Source: Octopus bimaculoides (taxonomy: Eukaryota). From it: a DNA stretch of 64,000 nt. Positions 52,081 to 64,000 of the stretch are shown piece by piece; the first letter of the stretch is position 1, and the number at the start of each line of letters is the position of its first letter. The notes beneath the pieces are model-generated. The model saw only the letters and a list, made by a program, of their open reading frames with translations. It did not search any database and was not told the DNA's origin. Made by a program: the position numbers and the translations under genes. Where the stretch lies: NCBI RefSeq assembly GCF_001194135.2, contig NC_068981.1, forward strand, positions 199,594,486-199,658,485, given 5' to 3'.

Positions 52081-53584
52081 ATACACACGTGTGGATATAT
52101 GTGTGTGTGTGTGTGTGTGTGCATGTATTTACTCCATTTGTTGTGTTTGTGTGTCTCTCTCTCTGTCCTCTGAGTGATTCAATAATCAGAGATGGATCAA
52201 ATAAGGTCAATGAATGAAACTGGTAAATGAATAAAAGAATTTATGGATTGATTCATTCGAATTGTTGTTGTTTTGTCCCAGTTCAACAGATCTATACTGT
52301 TAGTTGCTCCAGCTGTGACTGTCTTGTGTTTTGTTTCAGATCTTATTGATCAACTCCCACATTAGCCTACGTGTCCTTCTGTTGGTAAATACTGTAGGGT
52401 GTGATTTGAAGGAGATTTGACTGCTACTTCGCATCTAGAGTGATCCCATGTTGGTTCATTGAACACTGGTTTGTCAATCACTAAACAGAAACAAAATCTA
52501 AACATTCAATAATTATGGAAAACTTTGGTAGAAACAGATTTATTAGAAAGAATTTTTGGTAAATGCGTAAGATACAAAACATTTTGAGAAACCCTTCAAT
52601 ATCAGCAACATCACATCATTATCCACCTTACAACTATCTTCTATGTGGTCAATTGTCTTGTTAGCAATAGCAATCAAATCCTACGCACAGCTTACTTTAT
52701 TGCCCAAAATAAGATGTGTCAATTGGCTGTTGTAGTCCTAGAGATAATGTATAAAGGAAGAGACATGATCATCACAGCCGGAAGACATTTGATTATAATA
52801 TTTTGATGGATCGTGACTGAATAAGAGCTAAACAACAATCACCTACAGTAACACTGGTATTTTTTTTTAACCCCAGGAGTGAACTTGGCACTGGAACTAA
52901 TGATTCTCTCATCGTGATATTATTATTTCTATTAAGCAACAACATTTCAAAGTTAAGTGTTTTGGCCAAGGTCACACTATAGTGACAAGAGACCCACTCC
53001 ACCATCTGTGCTCTCCATAAAATACGGGCCTTTTTTAGTTAACCCTATAAAGATAAACGTCACAATGCATATCTGCATGAATCAAACTCAAGACTGAGTG
53101 AAACAAAATCAAGAAACAGAAATGATTTTAGTTGTAATATTCTTCTTGACTATGACAACATCACATTGAAACTTGTTTTGATTGAAAAGCAGTTTTTTTT
53201 TGGGGGGGGGGTGAAAAAGGGGAAATACAGTTGTTGAGTTTTTACTGCTTCCATTAAAGTGTAATAAAATTTAATGTGAACATGCAGACAAAGCTAAAGG
53301 ACTTTCAGAGATTTTGTCTTTACCATTTAAACTTAATAGGAATTTCTAAGATTGACACAAGTCCACACATTTTTAGAAAGTAACAAAGTCAGTTATATAA
53401 TATTTCACTGTTAGTGATTTTATTGCCTCCAGAAAAATGAGAGAGAAAACTAATTCCAGTGGGACTTGAATACAGAACATAAAAGAATATAACTAAATAC
53501 TGCTAGACATTTCAAGTGGCACTCTGCCGATTCTATCATTCATCAGTCTCTATTTATATGTAATAATGAAGAATTTTATATTGT

Positions 53585-54270
53585 CAGCATCCATCCACAT
53601 CACATGACCAAACCAATGCAGTCTTCTCTCTTGCTCACAACAACCAATTCCTCTTATGCCTAGCTTCTCTCTCAGAACACTAGCACTCTGTAGAACATGT
53701 ACACTTATATCACACATCCAGCAGAGCATACTAGCCTCATTCCCTTCTAACCTTCACATGTCCTCTGCAATCAGGGTTCACATCTCACTACCATGTGGAA
53801 TTGTTGTCCACATACATGCATCATACAATCTTCCTTTCACTCAGAGAGAGAAACCTTTCGTAACCAGCAAAAGTAACAGCTCTCTGAACTTTCTCCGTCC
53901 TATTCTTATTCTAGCTATCACACTCTCCATGCATCCTTTCCCACAACTAATTTGGTCTCCTTGGTAGCAGAAGTTATATACTACTTCTAATGAGTAACCA
54001 GGGCATTTAAGAGAATCAATTTCCTGAGTTTCTAAAGTTTTTTATGGATCCTGTGCATCTTCCACATATGAAAACTATCTTCTCTTGTTAACCTTTCAAT
54101 TAACCCACTTCACCTCTTTTGTGCCCAACGCTTACACTGGGTACACTGTATGGAGTTCCTGTCGACACCTTTCCTACAAATCAAACAGGGTGTTGAATGA
54201 GGGGTTGAATGTCTTGTCAGTTTTCTTGCTTACTAGAACCTTAGTCATTGCTAAGTTAACCTTAGCAATG
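53585..54270 (-). mobile_element. RTE LINE ORF 3' fragment
   Basis: VNLAMTKVLVSKKTDK, CRKGVDRNSIQCTQCKRWAH, RIRIGRRKFRELLLLLVTKG and RRLHWFGHVM. Confidence 0.9.
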
Positions 54271-55304
54271 CACACATACACCTGTATAGTTACACAACGA
54301 TGTACCAGAGAGACTTTTCAGAACGGATTCCAGACATCCCCAATGTATCTGGAGGTCATTATTCAAGTCCTTTAAATTCTTTGAAATGAGGGTGTTTTCC
54401 ATTAAAAACAATCTTTATTTGTTCTTTGTGAAATAAATGTATTCTGTTGAAGAACTGAATTTAGTTTGGTTTTCAGGCCCCTGTTTATAAAACCGTTTGT
54501 TTTCATTTTGTATGAATGCCAGTTGTTTGTTTACAAATGGTAGAGAAGGCAAAAAGATGCACCAGGGTAGGAATAGCTAACAACTCTGCAAAATTGACAA
54601 AGTGGCACATTGGTTTACAGCAGAGAGGTCAAGCATCTCCTCTTAGAAACTTAGAGAGAGTTTAGCTCCATCAGATTTATCTTCTTTCCATACAGGTACA
54701 CGACATGCTATTTTAATAGACAACATGAGATGAGAGCATGATATCCGAATATAGGACTCGCCAAAACAATATAATATCAAAGTATGATGTGTCATGGTTG
54801 CAATAATTATTGTTTATTGATATAACAATAATAAATAAATAAATTTGTTAATCCAATTTACATCAATGATTTTTTCATCGATTACAATAAGTAAAGATTA
54901 CAAAAACGTTTATCAGATATTGCATAAAAAATCGGATTAAGCCCTTTGACGGTCAAAAACGTATATAAAAAGTAAATCTCTTAAAGTCTGGAAATATAAA
55001 ATATTACAAATGTTATAAATATTGTAGGTCGATAAAATAAAGTTTATAAATGAGTCTGGTTCGGCAGAAGGTAGGTTTTTAATGATTTTGTGGAAGAATA
55101 TTATTCTGTGTATTAATACTGTTATAAATAAAGCTTTTTTGATAAAATTGAAATTTGACAAAAGGGCATTTCAAAATTCAGGTCAGCGATACGTCTTGTT
55201 TGGTAATTATGAGGGAGAGAAGAATGGTGACAGATAATTTCATAGAAATAAGTATGGCGATGATGATGAAATATTTTGTGGAACTTGATGACAGAGTTGT
55301 ATAT

Positions 55305-55660
55305 AGAGAAACATTGGCTGCCCGAAGCTGAGGTACAGGGACATGAAGGCACTTGGTATCAACACCAATTCCTGGGAGGATCTCACAGCCGACCGAACCA
55401 GCAGGAGAGGCACTCTTCACAAACAACTGCAGACCGGCGTAGAGAATTTGAGGATGGCGGCAGCTGAAAACCAAGCCTGCAGAAAAGAAATGACAGCCAA
55501 CAGACCGGATTCAACGTATAGGTGTGACCTCTGCAAACGAGACTGACACTCTCGCATCGGTCTCTACAGCCACAGGAGGTGCTGCAAGAACTGAATAGAC
55601 AACTCAACAGACGGATGACATCCATCCATGGTCACCCATGACCGACGGAGGCCTAAGAAG
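55305..55660 (+). mobile_element. RTE-BovB-like LINE 3' end
   Basis: GCPKLRYRDMKALGINTNSWEDLTADR..YRCDLCKRD*HSRIGLYSHRRCC (C-terminal zinc finger), then a short UTR ending ggaggcctaagaagaa. Confidence 0.88.
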
Positions 55661-55661
55661 A

Positions 55662-55707
<46 letters not shown>

Positions 55708-55739
55708 TACTAAACGAAAGTAATTTTGATTGAGGATTG

Positions 55740-56085
55740 TTTATTTTGAGAGTCTTCTATGATTTATGAATGGTATGGTTGAATAAGCGAATTTTCCAAT
55801 CTCCCCAGCAGGCAGCAACACAGTATATTAAAGAATAATAAAGAGTGATTCTAACATTCTCAGGAAGAAGGTAAGAAATTCTATTTAATATACCAAGAGT
55901 ACAGGAATTCTGTTTTTTTGAAACTGAGGGACTCATCAATATGAATGCCGAGAAATTTTGTTGCTGTTCCATGTGAAATTGCTTTACCTACGATGAAGAC
56001 ATTGTGGAGAAAAGCATGGAGCAGGTTTTTTCCTATATTAAAGGTAAGCCGATTAGCAATAAGCCATTGATGACTCCCTTGGGTC
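55740..56085 (-). mobile_element. L2/CR1-group (Crack/Daphne-like) LINE RT C-terminal fragment
   Basis: QWLIANRLTFNIGK..TKFLGIHIDESLSFK..GILNRISYLLPENVRITLYYSLIY. Confidence 0.8.
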
Positions 56086-56809
56086 AAACTAAAGCGTTTG
56101 ACCTGGTGACAAAAAAAAAAAAATTAGCGTTATAGGTTTAAAACAACTTGCTGGGAACAAATGTGAAGAAAAAATGTCCGCTCACGAACAGTGGGGAGGA
56201 GAGGGCTCGGAACATTCACATCGTCAGTCCATGGCCTCTAAACTATAGTGTTTGACCCGAGCTCAAAAAGAAAAAATAATTAGTGTAATAGGTGTAAAAC
56301 AACTTGCTGTTAATATATGTGTGTGTGTGTGTGTGTGTGTGTATCTATATATGTATATATGATGTGTAGGCAGGATCTACAAATTCAAGAATTGCATCAG
56401 CAGTACTGAAATGTTCTCTGAAGCCAAATTGGAGATTTGATAGTATTTTAAGACGGAGAAATGACTGTAATCTTCGAGAGAGTAGAGAGGATAGATATAG
56501 GTCTGTAGTTACTTAGAAGGTTAGAGGCACCTGTTTTCTAGACTGGAATGACATGTGCCATTCTTAAACAGTCAGGGAATATGTTTTGTACAATTGATTC
56601 AGAAAAGAACATTGCAATTGGTAAGTTGATTCTGTCAACAGTCTGTAAATATTTTTATTTGAGTCTGGTTTATTTTTTAAGGGAATTTATAATGGATCTT
56701 ACTTCGTCTGGGGGAGAAGGAAATGCAGAGATATGAAATGTTGGTCGCTTTTAGTGATGGAAATAGACATACATACATACATACATACATACATACATGC
56801 ATGCATACA

Positions 56810-56845
<36 letters not shown>

Positions 56846-58659
56846 TAGAGAGAGAGAGAGGCTGATGTGGATGAAGAGTATGATATTGATAACACACGCT
56901 GATAACATTGTTGATGATGGTTGTTATGATGATTAGAGAAGGCTAATGACTATGCGTTGTTATTGGCATCATCATTTTCAGCAAGCAGCAGCAACAGCAG
57001 CATTGTTGTCATTAAAAATTAAATGAAAGGAATTATCTACATGATTATACCTAAATATTATTGATGAAATCTTTGCCACTCGAATACATTTTTTTGATAA
57101 AAAAAAATGCTTTAATGCAATGTTAGAGGCAGAACTCTATTTAAATATTGATTATGTTTTCATATTACAGAGCATTCAGTTTGCAATTTCATATATAATG
57201 GTAGCTGTTTCCCTATTTATTAACACATCATAATGCATCTGCCAAATATATTTGGCACTTCATGGCAATCACATAATTTATACTGTCTACAACCCAGCTA
57301 TTTCAACATACAGACACCATAAATATTTGTTTTAGACGAAACCCACATTACTCACCTACATTTCATAAAATATAATTTTCTAATTTTATTTTACATATAA
57401 TATAAAAGAGACAAATTTCTAGTTAAATACTCAATTATATATATTTATCAATGGTATGCTACTAAACATTACTATTGGCTGGGTGATGTTGGTATAACGT
57501 CAACAACACTGCATGTCTAACCTTGATCTACTTTCATATTGTTTCTGAGGTCTATTATTCCTGGATCTTAATTTCTAATAAATTTCTCCAGGTAGGAGAG
57601 TAGTGCCATAATCTTCCCAGTTACCCCCTCCATTCCCCCTCACAATAAAGATGTGGCCAGTAGGTTAATCTCTCAGGCCAATGACATTGATGTGGTTGAT
57701 GTGTGCCAGAATAAATTTAGCACCAACAACAGGGTCAGTTCTTTTGACAGGTTTCAACAGTTTTTGTCTACCACAATTCATACATGAGGATTCAGTTGTT
57801 TCAATATTATGACAGGAGACACTTGCCTAAGATAATGTGCAGAGCAATCAAATCTGAAGCCATAAAGTTGTGAAGTAAGTTTCTTAGTGACACATCCTTG
57901 CCAGTACCCAGGTGTGATTTCTTAAATATTATGAAATATTTAATGTAACTATTACAATAACCTGAACCTATTCATCATAGGTTCAGGTTCATCATCATCA
58001 TTATCATCTTTTAACATCTGTCTTCCATGCTGGTGTAGGCTGGACTGTTTAACAAAATCAAACAGTCCATTATAGACCAATATCTACTTTAGCTGGGTGT
58101 CCTTCCTAATGTCAACCCTTTTTACAGACTGTAATAGGTGCTTTGTTTTTGGCACCATACAGCTCACAAGACTAAGATTACTTTGACTGAATGGGACTAC
58201 TTTAGAGGAAGGAGGCTTTATGCTTGGTGGTGTGAGATTAAAGCATGAAAGAAGGGGCCGGAACTACACAGATTTCTGGCTGTAGGGGAGCTACATAGCT
58301 ACTTATTTTAATAGAGTGGTGGTGGTCATCTGTCGTGCCAACAGTGCCAACTCAGGTATTTAATTCCTGTAGCAGTAAAGTGTTCTTCTGATGATCTCTC
58401 ATATTTCAGGATCCAATTGCATTTGGAAGAGTCAATGCAGAGGTTACACATAATCCCAATTGTCAAACGTTTGCTAAACTTGTGTTTTCCATAATGTTCC
58501 CTACATTTGCTCTGCATATCATAACTAGTAACACTGCCAAGTGCGATGGTGGCCACACCACCAGACTGGAAGCAGACTGATTGACCATAATATGGGTGCA
58601 GCTCTAAACTTAACATTAATAATTCTATATTTAACTGTACACAATGCAAATATATACAG

Positions 58660-58975
58660 TGAAGGCACGTGGCTCAGTGGTTAGAGCATTCAGCTCATGT
58701 TCGTAAGGTCGTGGGTTCAAATCCCCAGTGAAGCATTGTGTCCTTGGGCAAGACACATTGCTCCAGTCCACTCAGCTGGCAAGGATGAGTAGTACCAGTA
58801 ATTCAAAGGGGCCAGCCTTTTCACACTTTGTATCATGCTGAATCTCCCTGAGAACTATGTTAAGGGTACACTTGTCTGTGGAGTGCTCAGCCACTTGCAT
58901 GTTAATTTCATGAGCAAGCTGTTCCATTAATCATATCAGCTGGGCCCCCCCCCCCCACTCGTCATCGTGACTGTT
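58660..58975 (+). mobile_element. tRNA-derived CORE-like SINE, near full length
   Basis: A-box TGGCTCAGTGG (58670-80), B-box GGTTCAAATCC (58714-24), then TTGTGTCCTTGGGCAAGACAC resembling the CORE domain. No tRNA acceptor stem. Confidence 0.85.
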
Positions 58976-59598
58976 TCACATGACTTTATTCATTAAAACT
59001 TACTAAAACTTCAGAAGTTCTTACAACTTTGGTTGTCGTAATGCTTTGCTTTCATCTTGTTTAATAAAAATTCCTCTTCGTAATGATTTTGCCTTCATCT
59101 TGTGATAGACAACTATCATGCAGAAAAGGCCAGCCTTGAAATCCTGTTTTCTGATTAGTTAAAATTGATTAAACTTTAAACCTCTGTAACATTTTTCTCT
59201 AATTAACTTGTTCACCAAAAGAAATTTGTCCATATGCTTGAATTTGCTGGAAATTTCGGATCCGGATTATGTGTTGGAATTCTTAGGTCTAAAAAGAATG
59301 TGCGATGTTCACGATGTATATTTAAGTATGTTTATATGTATATATAAATATATACACATATATGTGCATATCAAACAGTAACAATTCTCAACACTGCATT
59401 GATGGATAAATATTCTTTACATGTTGGTTAACAAAGCAACCATTGGTTTCATGTTGAGATTCCCAGAAATTATCAAGTCTGTTGCATAGGATGTTGATAT
59501 TCATCTCCACCTTGGAGGACAATACAATGAAATTACACGAGACTGTGGGATTTTGGAATGATCAGGGCAAATAATTCCAAACTCTTATCTCTGTATAG

Positions 59599-59648
<50 letters not shown>

Positions 59649-60206
59649 ATGTATATGAATGCATGTACACCTCTACCCATATGGCTCCCTTTTAATTTTA
59701 CCTAAAACACATGAATAGATTTGCTTACCTTTTTCTACCTTGGGATATAATTGTCCATAGCCATCAACATAAACTTTCTCACTCATAATGCCTGTATATT
59801 CTGAAAATGTAACTCCTAAATAAAGTGTGCTTCATATTCAAGACTCTGATGAAGCAACAGGATGTAAGCCTGGTACTCAACAAAGAGTCCACCACATCGT
59901 ATAGCACAAACTGCTGTAAGTTAATGAAGTTCATTACATAACATTTGGTGTTTTTCCAATATCACCTCTTTGATTTACAACCGTCCAGCCCATGCCAGCA
60001 TGGAAAACAGACGTTAAACGATGATGATGATGATTTGACAATCTATCTTTCTATCAAATCCACTCACAAAGGCTTTGGTCAGCCCAGTGATATAGTAAAA
60101 AGTACTTGCTCAAGGTGCTGTGCAAAGGGATTGTCCCTGAGTCTACAGGATTGGCAAACTTCTTAACCATACAACCACATCTACAGATATATACATACGT
60201 ATACAT

Positions 60207-60743
60207 AGCCCAGGTCTTCCGTGGAAGAGGTAGGCCCAGGAAGACCTGGGCTGAGGTGGTGAGGCAAGACCTTCGTACATTGGGCCTCACCGAGGCGATG
60301 ACTACGGACCGAGACCTTTGGAAATGGGCTGTGCGTGAGAAGACCCGGCAAGCCAAGTAAGATCGTTGCCAGTGCCCCTGGACTGGTTCTTGTGCGGGTG
60401 GCACATGAGATGCACCATTTTGAGCGTGGCCGTTGCCAGTACCGCCTGACTGGCTCCTGTAGGATTTTCGAGCGAGATCGTTGCCAGTGCCCCTGGACTG
60501 GCTTGTGCGGGTGGCACATAAAAGACACCATTTCGAGCGTGGCCGTTTTCGTGCGGGTGACACGTAAAAGCACCCACTACACTCTCTGAGTGGTTGGCGT
60601 TAGGAAAGGCATCCAGCTGTAGAAACTCTGCCAAATCAGACTGGAGCCTGGTGTTGCCATCCGGTTTCACCAGTCCTCAGTCAAATCGTCCAACCCATGC
60701 TAGCATGGAAAGCGGACGTTAAACGATGATGATGATGATGATG
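60207..60743 (+). mobile_element. Young 5'-truncated RTE copy (ORF end, sub-repeated 3' UTR, (GAT)n tail)
   Basis: RGRGRPRKTWAEVVRQDLRTLGLTEAMTTDRDLWKWAVREKTRQAK*. CpG-rich UTR with tandem sub-repeats. Candidate TSD ATACATA at 60201-07 and about 60743-49. Confidence 0.95.
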
Positions 60744-62439
60744 ATACATACATATTATGTTCAAAAGGCCTAAAACCCTCTCTTTTTCCCACCTTCACTG
60801 AGTGTCAAACGAGAGGATATGCACATCCCACGTACATGTCCTCTTGTTGTTTACTTACTATTATTTTTAATGTTCAACTATTCAATTTGACTCTGTGTGT
60901 GTGTCTATGTGCATATATGTGTGTGTGCATGTGTATGTGTGTGCATATTCATACACACACACACAGAGCATTCTACTGCTTACCATTCTTGTTATGCTTG
61001 TCTGATATTTCATCCTTCCACCCTCATCCACTATCTTTGACTCTGAAACCATGTCCAATCTATCTACTTCCAGCATCTTTTAATGCCATCACTCCAAGAT
61101 CTCAACACACACAACTCTCTGTCTTTTGCCCAAAATATCTCTTCCCCTTCTCTTTGCCATTCACATTTATTCCAATTTCTATTCTTCCTTTTGAAACTGA
61201 GAACCAAATTCATGTTGATTTTCATGATTAACATTTAAGATACACAAAGACTTCTGTGATACAACAATACAACAATTGAAGTAAATTTCTGTGAGGAATT
61301 AGGGTTGATTCTGTACATAACTGAGGCCTTTAAACATGGACCAAAATTGTCATCGAACATTGCTTAGTTTGAGAAGAAAGCAATTAGTTCTTATTTACTT
61401 TTTGGATTTCCATTAAATAGCAATTGTTGTGCACTCAACCAAACTTCATAGTTACAGTCCAGGGCGGGGGATACAATTCAAACGATCACTTCACTAAGAT
61501 CTTTTATTGATTTCAATATTGCACTTGGAAAACTTTCAGATTTTTATTTTCTGTATAAAACCTTTATAAAGCTTTGCTTTAAACTGTTTTAAGTTTCTGT
61601 TGTAGATTTTTCTGTTTTAAGAAAAACTGAAATTAAATTATTTTATAGCTTTTAACTTATTATTATTTGGCTTCACAGTAATTTTTTTTGTTGATTTTCA
61701 ACTGGGATGGAACCAGTTTTTTTTTNNNNNNNNNNNNNNNNNNNNNNNNNNNNNNNNNNNNNNNNNNNNNNNNNNNNNNNNNNNNNNNNNNNNNNNNNNN
61801 NNNNNNNNNNNNNNNNNNNNNNNNNNNNNNNNNNNNNNNNNNNNNNNNNNNNNNNNNNNNNNNNNNNNNNNNNNNNNNNNNNNNNNNNNNNNNNNNNNNN
61901 NNNNNNNNNNNNTTAGCCAAGAAGAAGCATAGGAAATTAAAATATCCCATCACTGTGTATGATCATAACTAATAAAAGATGTTGAACAGGAATATCACAA
62001 ACTATACATGTCATCCACAATCAAATATTTTGATATTTGTTATCTTTGTGCAGTTTTTCCAAATCTTTGCCAGCACGGGGCAGAAATTTGGACATTTGCA
62101 AGGTGTTGAGAATTTTTGTTTGTCATTATTTACAGGTGAATAACGAAGGTCTGAGTTGGCAGAATTCAAGAATGGTTAATAGTGGTGTGACATGAGAATA
62201 GATTTCTAATAATTTCAACATGGTCTAACCATGAGAATGTAAACTGAGTTACTTGTCTTTCATTGGAGTCCAATATAATGAAAGCCAGATTTAAAGTCTT
62301 GACCGTGGGTTTAGTAGTTCATAACTCTTTCACAGTAAGTGTGCCTGAAAAACTGAAGAATCATACACCTGAAACATTGTCAGCCTGAAGGAATCCCTAA
62401 CATTTACAATTCCACCTGATACAAACATATCTAGAGGAA

Positions 62440-63295
62440 TCTTTCATGAAACCATTGTTCTTCTTAGGTTTACAGTCAAATGTACAAGCAATTTTGAGAT
62501 CTGTTGGAGATTGTAGTTCTGTTGATCAACTGGCAGAGTTAGCAAATAGTATTGTCAACATTTCATTTCCAGCCTCCTCAGTCTCTTTCATTTCCTCAAT
62601 ATCTTCAGAGTTGACAACATTCCATAAGTTTCCCAAGAACAAAATCCAGACACCCATGGGAAAAAAACTGAAACCATACAGTCTTGGTTTTACTACAGAT
62701 TCAGCTCAAAGGCCCATCACTGTATAATACCTAGCTCCTTTTAGTCTGCTTCACAGAAACAGGGAAATATAGATCCAGGGAACAATGGCAACTGACACTC
62801 TATACTTTGTTGCTGAATTTATTCTTCTTTAAAATTTCACTTTCTCATAATTGGCCTTGCATGGCTTTGAAGATATTTTGTAGCAGTGGTTACGCTACAA
62901 GCTGTAAATCATTCAGAAATGTCCACTTATTGTGGAAAATCAATGGCATTGAACTTGAATTCATGTAGAATTTTCACATGGATTTTCATCACAGCTGATC
63001 ATTTCTATCCAGCTCTTAATGCTATTTTCTTCATAATTTTTTATCTCCAAGTCAACCTATAAAAATCAAAGATTAATTGATTCTAATTTTTGGATATGTG
63101 GTATTAGCACCAAGTCTGCTGCTATCAGTCTTCTTTTCTTTGTTGCTTCTACATCTCACACTTGTCATACTCTTCTTAGTCAGTTTCCAGACATCACTCA
63201 CCCAGTGACAGAAAGCTATTACATACTGTAACACACCTGTTGGTCCAGAAATTTTGTGCCAGACAAGGTGAAAATTGCTAAAGAAGAATTTTAAC
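62440..63295 (+). mobile_element. Gypsy LTR-retrotransposon remnant (CsRn1-type gag, protease and RT start); no LTRs recognised
   Basis: LQSNVQAILRSV..DQLAELANSI (gag), WFYYRFSSKAHHCIIPSSF (decayed CWYH.RFG..A..C..PC knuckle), LQAVNHSEMSTY..LNLNSCRIFTWIFITAD (protease region), FPDIT and PDKVKIAKEEF (RT start). Confidence 0.82.
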
Positions 63296-63309
63296 GTCAT
63301 TGTCGTGGC

Positions 63310-63668
63310 TGATGACAGTACTGCATGACTGGCACCTGTGCCAGTGGCACTTAAAAAGCATCATTCAAGCATGGTCGATGCCAGTGCCACCTGACTGGTC
63401 CCATGCCAGTGGTATGTAAAAAGCACTATTCAAGTGTGGTCGATGCCAGTACCACCTGACTGGCTCCCATGCCGGTGGCACATAAAAAGCACCCACTACA
63501 CTCTTGGAGTAGTTGGCGTTAAGAAGGGCATCCAGCTGTAGAAACCTTGCCAGATGAGATTGGAACCTGGTCCAGCTTCCCAATTTGCCAGTCCCCAGTC
63601 AAAACCGTCCAACCCATGCCAGCATGGAAAACGGACGTTAAACGCTGATGATGATGATGATGATGATA
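63310..63668 (+). mobile_element. RTE 3' UTR/tail copy
   Basis: Sub-repeats gtcgatgccagt(g/a)ccacctgactgg, then aagggcatccagctgtagaaacc...aacccatgccagcatggaaaacggacgttaaac and (GAT)n. Confidence 0.9.
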
Positions 63669-63669
63669 A

Positions 63670-64000
63670 CGGCGACGCATAGATCTGTGCTGCATCCAAG
63701 AAGTAAGATGGAGAGGAGGTTCTGCGAGGTTCCTCACAGGCAAAGAACACAGGTACAAGATTTTCTGGGCAGGAAACACTGACGGGGTCGGGGGTGTAGG
63801 AATACTTCTAGCGGAGAAATGGGTGGATAAGGTAATCGAGGTAGTTAGAGTATGTGACAGAGTACTTAAGATTAAACTAGTGCTTCATCATAGATTAGCT
63901 ACTGTCATCTCAGCCTATGCACCTCAACCGGGGCTACCGGATGGTCTGAAAGACCAATTCTATGACACCCTCTTGCAAACTACCTCATCGACAAGTGACA
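63670..64000 (+). pseudogene. RTE LINE APE endonuclease (BCNT/CFDP2-like) fragment, open to the window end
   Basis: RRRIDLCCIQEVRWRGGSARFLTGKEHRYKIFWAGNTDGVGGVGILLAEKWVDKVIEVVRVCDRVL..VISAYAPQPGL with no stop in 110 codons. The 5' end is cut by the preceding tail copy. Confidence 0.9.

Noticed and set aside
52877-52970. 93-nt open stretch after a strong acceptor (ttttttttaaccccag)
   Set aside because: The donor (GTCACA) is weak, the peptide is unrecognisable, and it adjoins a SINE remnant; not supportable without RNA data.
58665-58740. tRNA gene
   Set aside because: A and B boxes are present, but there is no acceptor stem and the sequence continues into a CORE-like SINE body.
59843-59890. 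Possible third hammerhead (gact-CTGATGA...agagtc)
   Set aside because: No GAAA core or recognisable stem III; at most a decayed remnant.

Overview
AT-rich animal genomic DNA with dense microsatellites and several N-gaps. The SINE and RTE-tail repertoire matches my recollection of octopus (coleoid cephalopod) genomes; this is an inference, not a database result. I cannot support any host protein-coding exon. The window reads as intronic or intergenic DNA filled with decayed mobile elements: one hAT (Buster/Charlie-like) transposase, three mariners (one full length with perfect 25-bp TIRs and TA TSDs), four Penelope-like (PLE) remnants clustered at 24.4-34.1 kb, three R4/Dong-like RLE retroelement fragments, many RTE/BovB LINE fragments and tails, an L2/Crack-like and an APE-LINE remnant, a CsRn1-type Gypsy remnant, and tRNA-derived CORE-like SINEs. 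Most interesting observations: two type I hammerhead-ribozyme motifs with palindromic stem III in PLE 3' ends (one has an intact core and an unusually long 59-nt stem II); perfect fold-back hairpins at the 5' truncation points of two RTE copies; two 200-300 bp near-palindromic foldback elements; and a strong minus-strand bias of transposon coding remnants over the first ~38 kb. All translations and alignments were done by eye, so element boundaries are approximate unless a junction is quoted.
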